Below, piece after piece: positions 63,026 through 64,000 of a stretch of DNA of 64,000 bases. Numbering within the stretch: position 1 is the stretch's first letter; each line of letters starts with the position of its first letter. The stretch is from assembly GCA_038087875.1 (NCBI GenBank), contig CM075993.1, positions 2,296,001 to 2,360,000 of the forward strand. Direction: 5' to 3'. The translations under genes and the position numbers were made by a program. Origin of the DNA: Malacoraja senta. Lineage: Eukaryota. The notes below the pieces were generated by a model. It had not been told where the DNA came from, made no database searches, and was given only the letters and a program-made list of their open reading frames with translations.

Positions 63026-64000
63026 GCCAACCCGAAACGTTACCCATTCCTTCTCTCCAGAGATGCTGCCTTTCCTGCTGAGTTACTCCAGCTTTTTGTG
63101 TCTACCTTCGGTTTAAAGCAGCATCTGCAGTTCCTTCTTACATACAAGTAGGCATCTCTATGCTCCCCTTGCATAGTAAATATATGATTACAGATGGTTC
63201 TGTTTTGGAAGCAGATTGTAGAGCTGTGTCATAGGATAATATTGCTACATATGTGAAACAAATAAAACATAGTTTAATTTAAGGTGTCATCAATTGTATT
63301 TTTGGAATGGCCATCAAAATCATGTGTAAGAGAGAAATGATTACCCCTACTCTGAGTGCATAATTGCAAAACTCTTACACATTTAATATATGCTTGACTA
63401 TCATATTTCGCAAGCACAGTATTACTTCAATCAGAAGGGTAAAAGTCTCAAAATATTATTTTCAAAACTGAACTTTGTACATTTTCCACAGCTTTTCTTT
63501 TCCATATTTTCTCATCTGACAAGATTAACCTTCCAGCAGGCACACTGCATGAGAAGTTTACTGCAGTGGCCATTCTTCAAATGTAACGGAGTAGACAGGG
63601 TATTCAGTTTGTGCAACTGAACCTGGTCAGAGTGTAATCTGACATTTTTTAAAATTTATTTTGAGAGTTAAGTCAAAGGTATTTAATTGTCATATGTACC
63701 AACGATAGAACAATGAAATTCTTACTTGCAGCAGCTTAACAGTCACACAAACACGATACACACAGATAATATAATGTTTTAAAGTGAAATAACAGTAATA
63801 CTCATGCAAAAAAACCCAGTTCATAGTTGCTGAAGTTAGTTCTAGTTTATTATTGTCACATATAACAAGGTACAGTGAAAAGCTTTGTTTTGAATGTTAT
63901 CTAAACAGGTTAGATATACCATACATAGAAACAATCTTCCCGATGGTAGTAGCAAGCTGCGAGTTTGGCTAGGGTGATATGAGTCTTTGATGATATTGGC

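Noticed and set aside
73..63620. Most 60-170 aa ORFs in the track (RDAACPAELLQHF, CSGFLPHPK, poly-R/poly-F types)
   Set aside because: Recurring translations of Penelope repeats, V-SINEs, CR1 antisense frames and microsatellites.
63530..63622. Possible upstream REC114 exon (93 nt AG..GT; EWPLQ in another frame)
   Set aside because: Poor polypyrimidine tract, no match to the expected exon, and EWPLQ is followed at once by TAA; likely chance.

Overview
Vertebrate genomic DNA, most likely a cartilaginous fish (inferred from the repeat content: HE1-like V-SINEs, esterase-type CR1 LINEs, Penelope terminal repeats). It carries two spliced minus-strand genes. (1) The 5' part of a dual oxidase gene (DUOX): a probable TATA promoter and non-coding exon near 37.0-37.1 kb, then 19 coding exons from ATG 36393 down to 1272. 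These total 2654 nt in one open frame with all GT-AG junctions and encode the signal peptide, peroxidase-homology domain, TM1 and two EF-hands; the gene runs off the left edge. (2) The last four coding exons of the meiotic gene REC114 (60012 down to stop 51499). No DUOXA gene is visible opposite DUOX; a near full-length CR1 LINE sits there instead. The most striking unexplained structures are RNA-catalytic. One is a ~155-bp SINE-like insertion in a DUOX intron whose 5' end is a compact CPEB3-like HDV ribozyme in the sense orientation. The other is a large set of fold-back Penelope-derived mini-elements with 13-17 bp target-site duplications and minimal hammerhead motifs. A perfect RFX X-box lies in a CpG-rich patch of a DUOX intron. 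All calls were made by eye; repeat boundaries are approximate and the repeat list is representative, not exhaustive.
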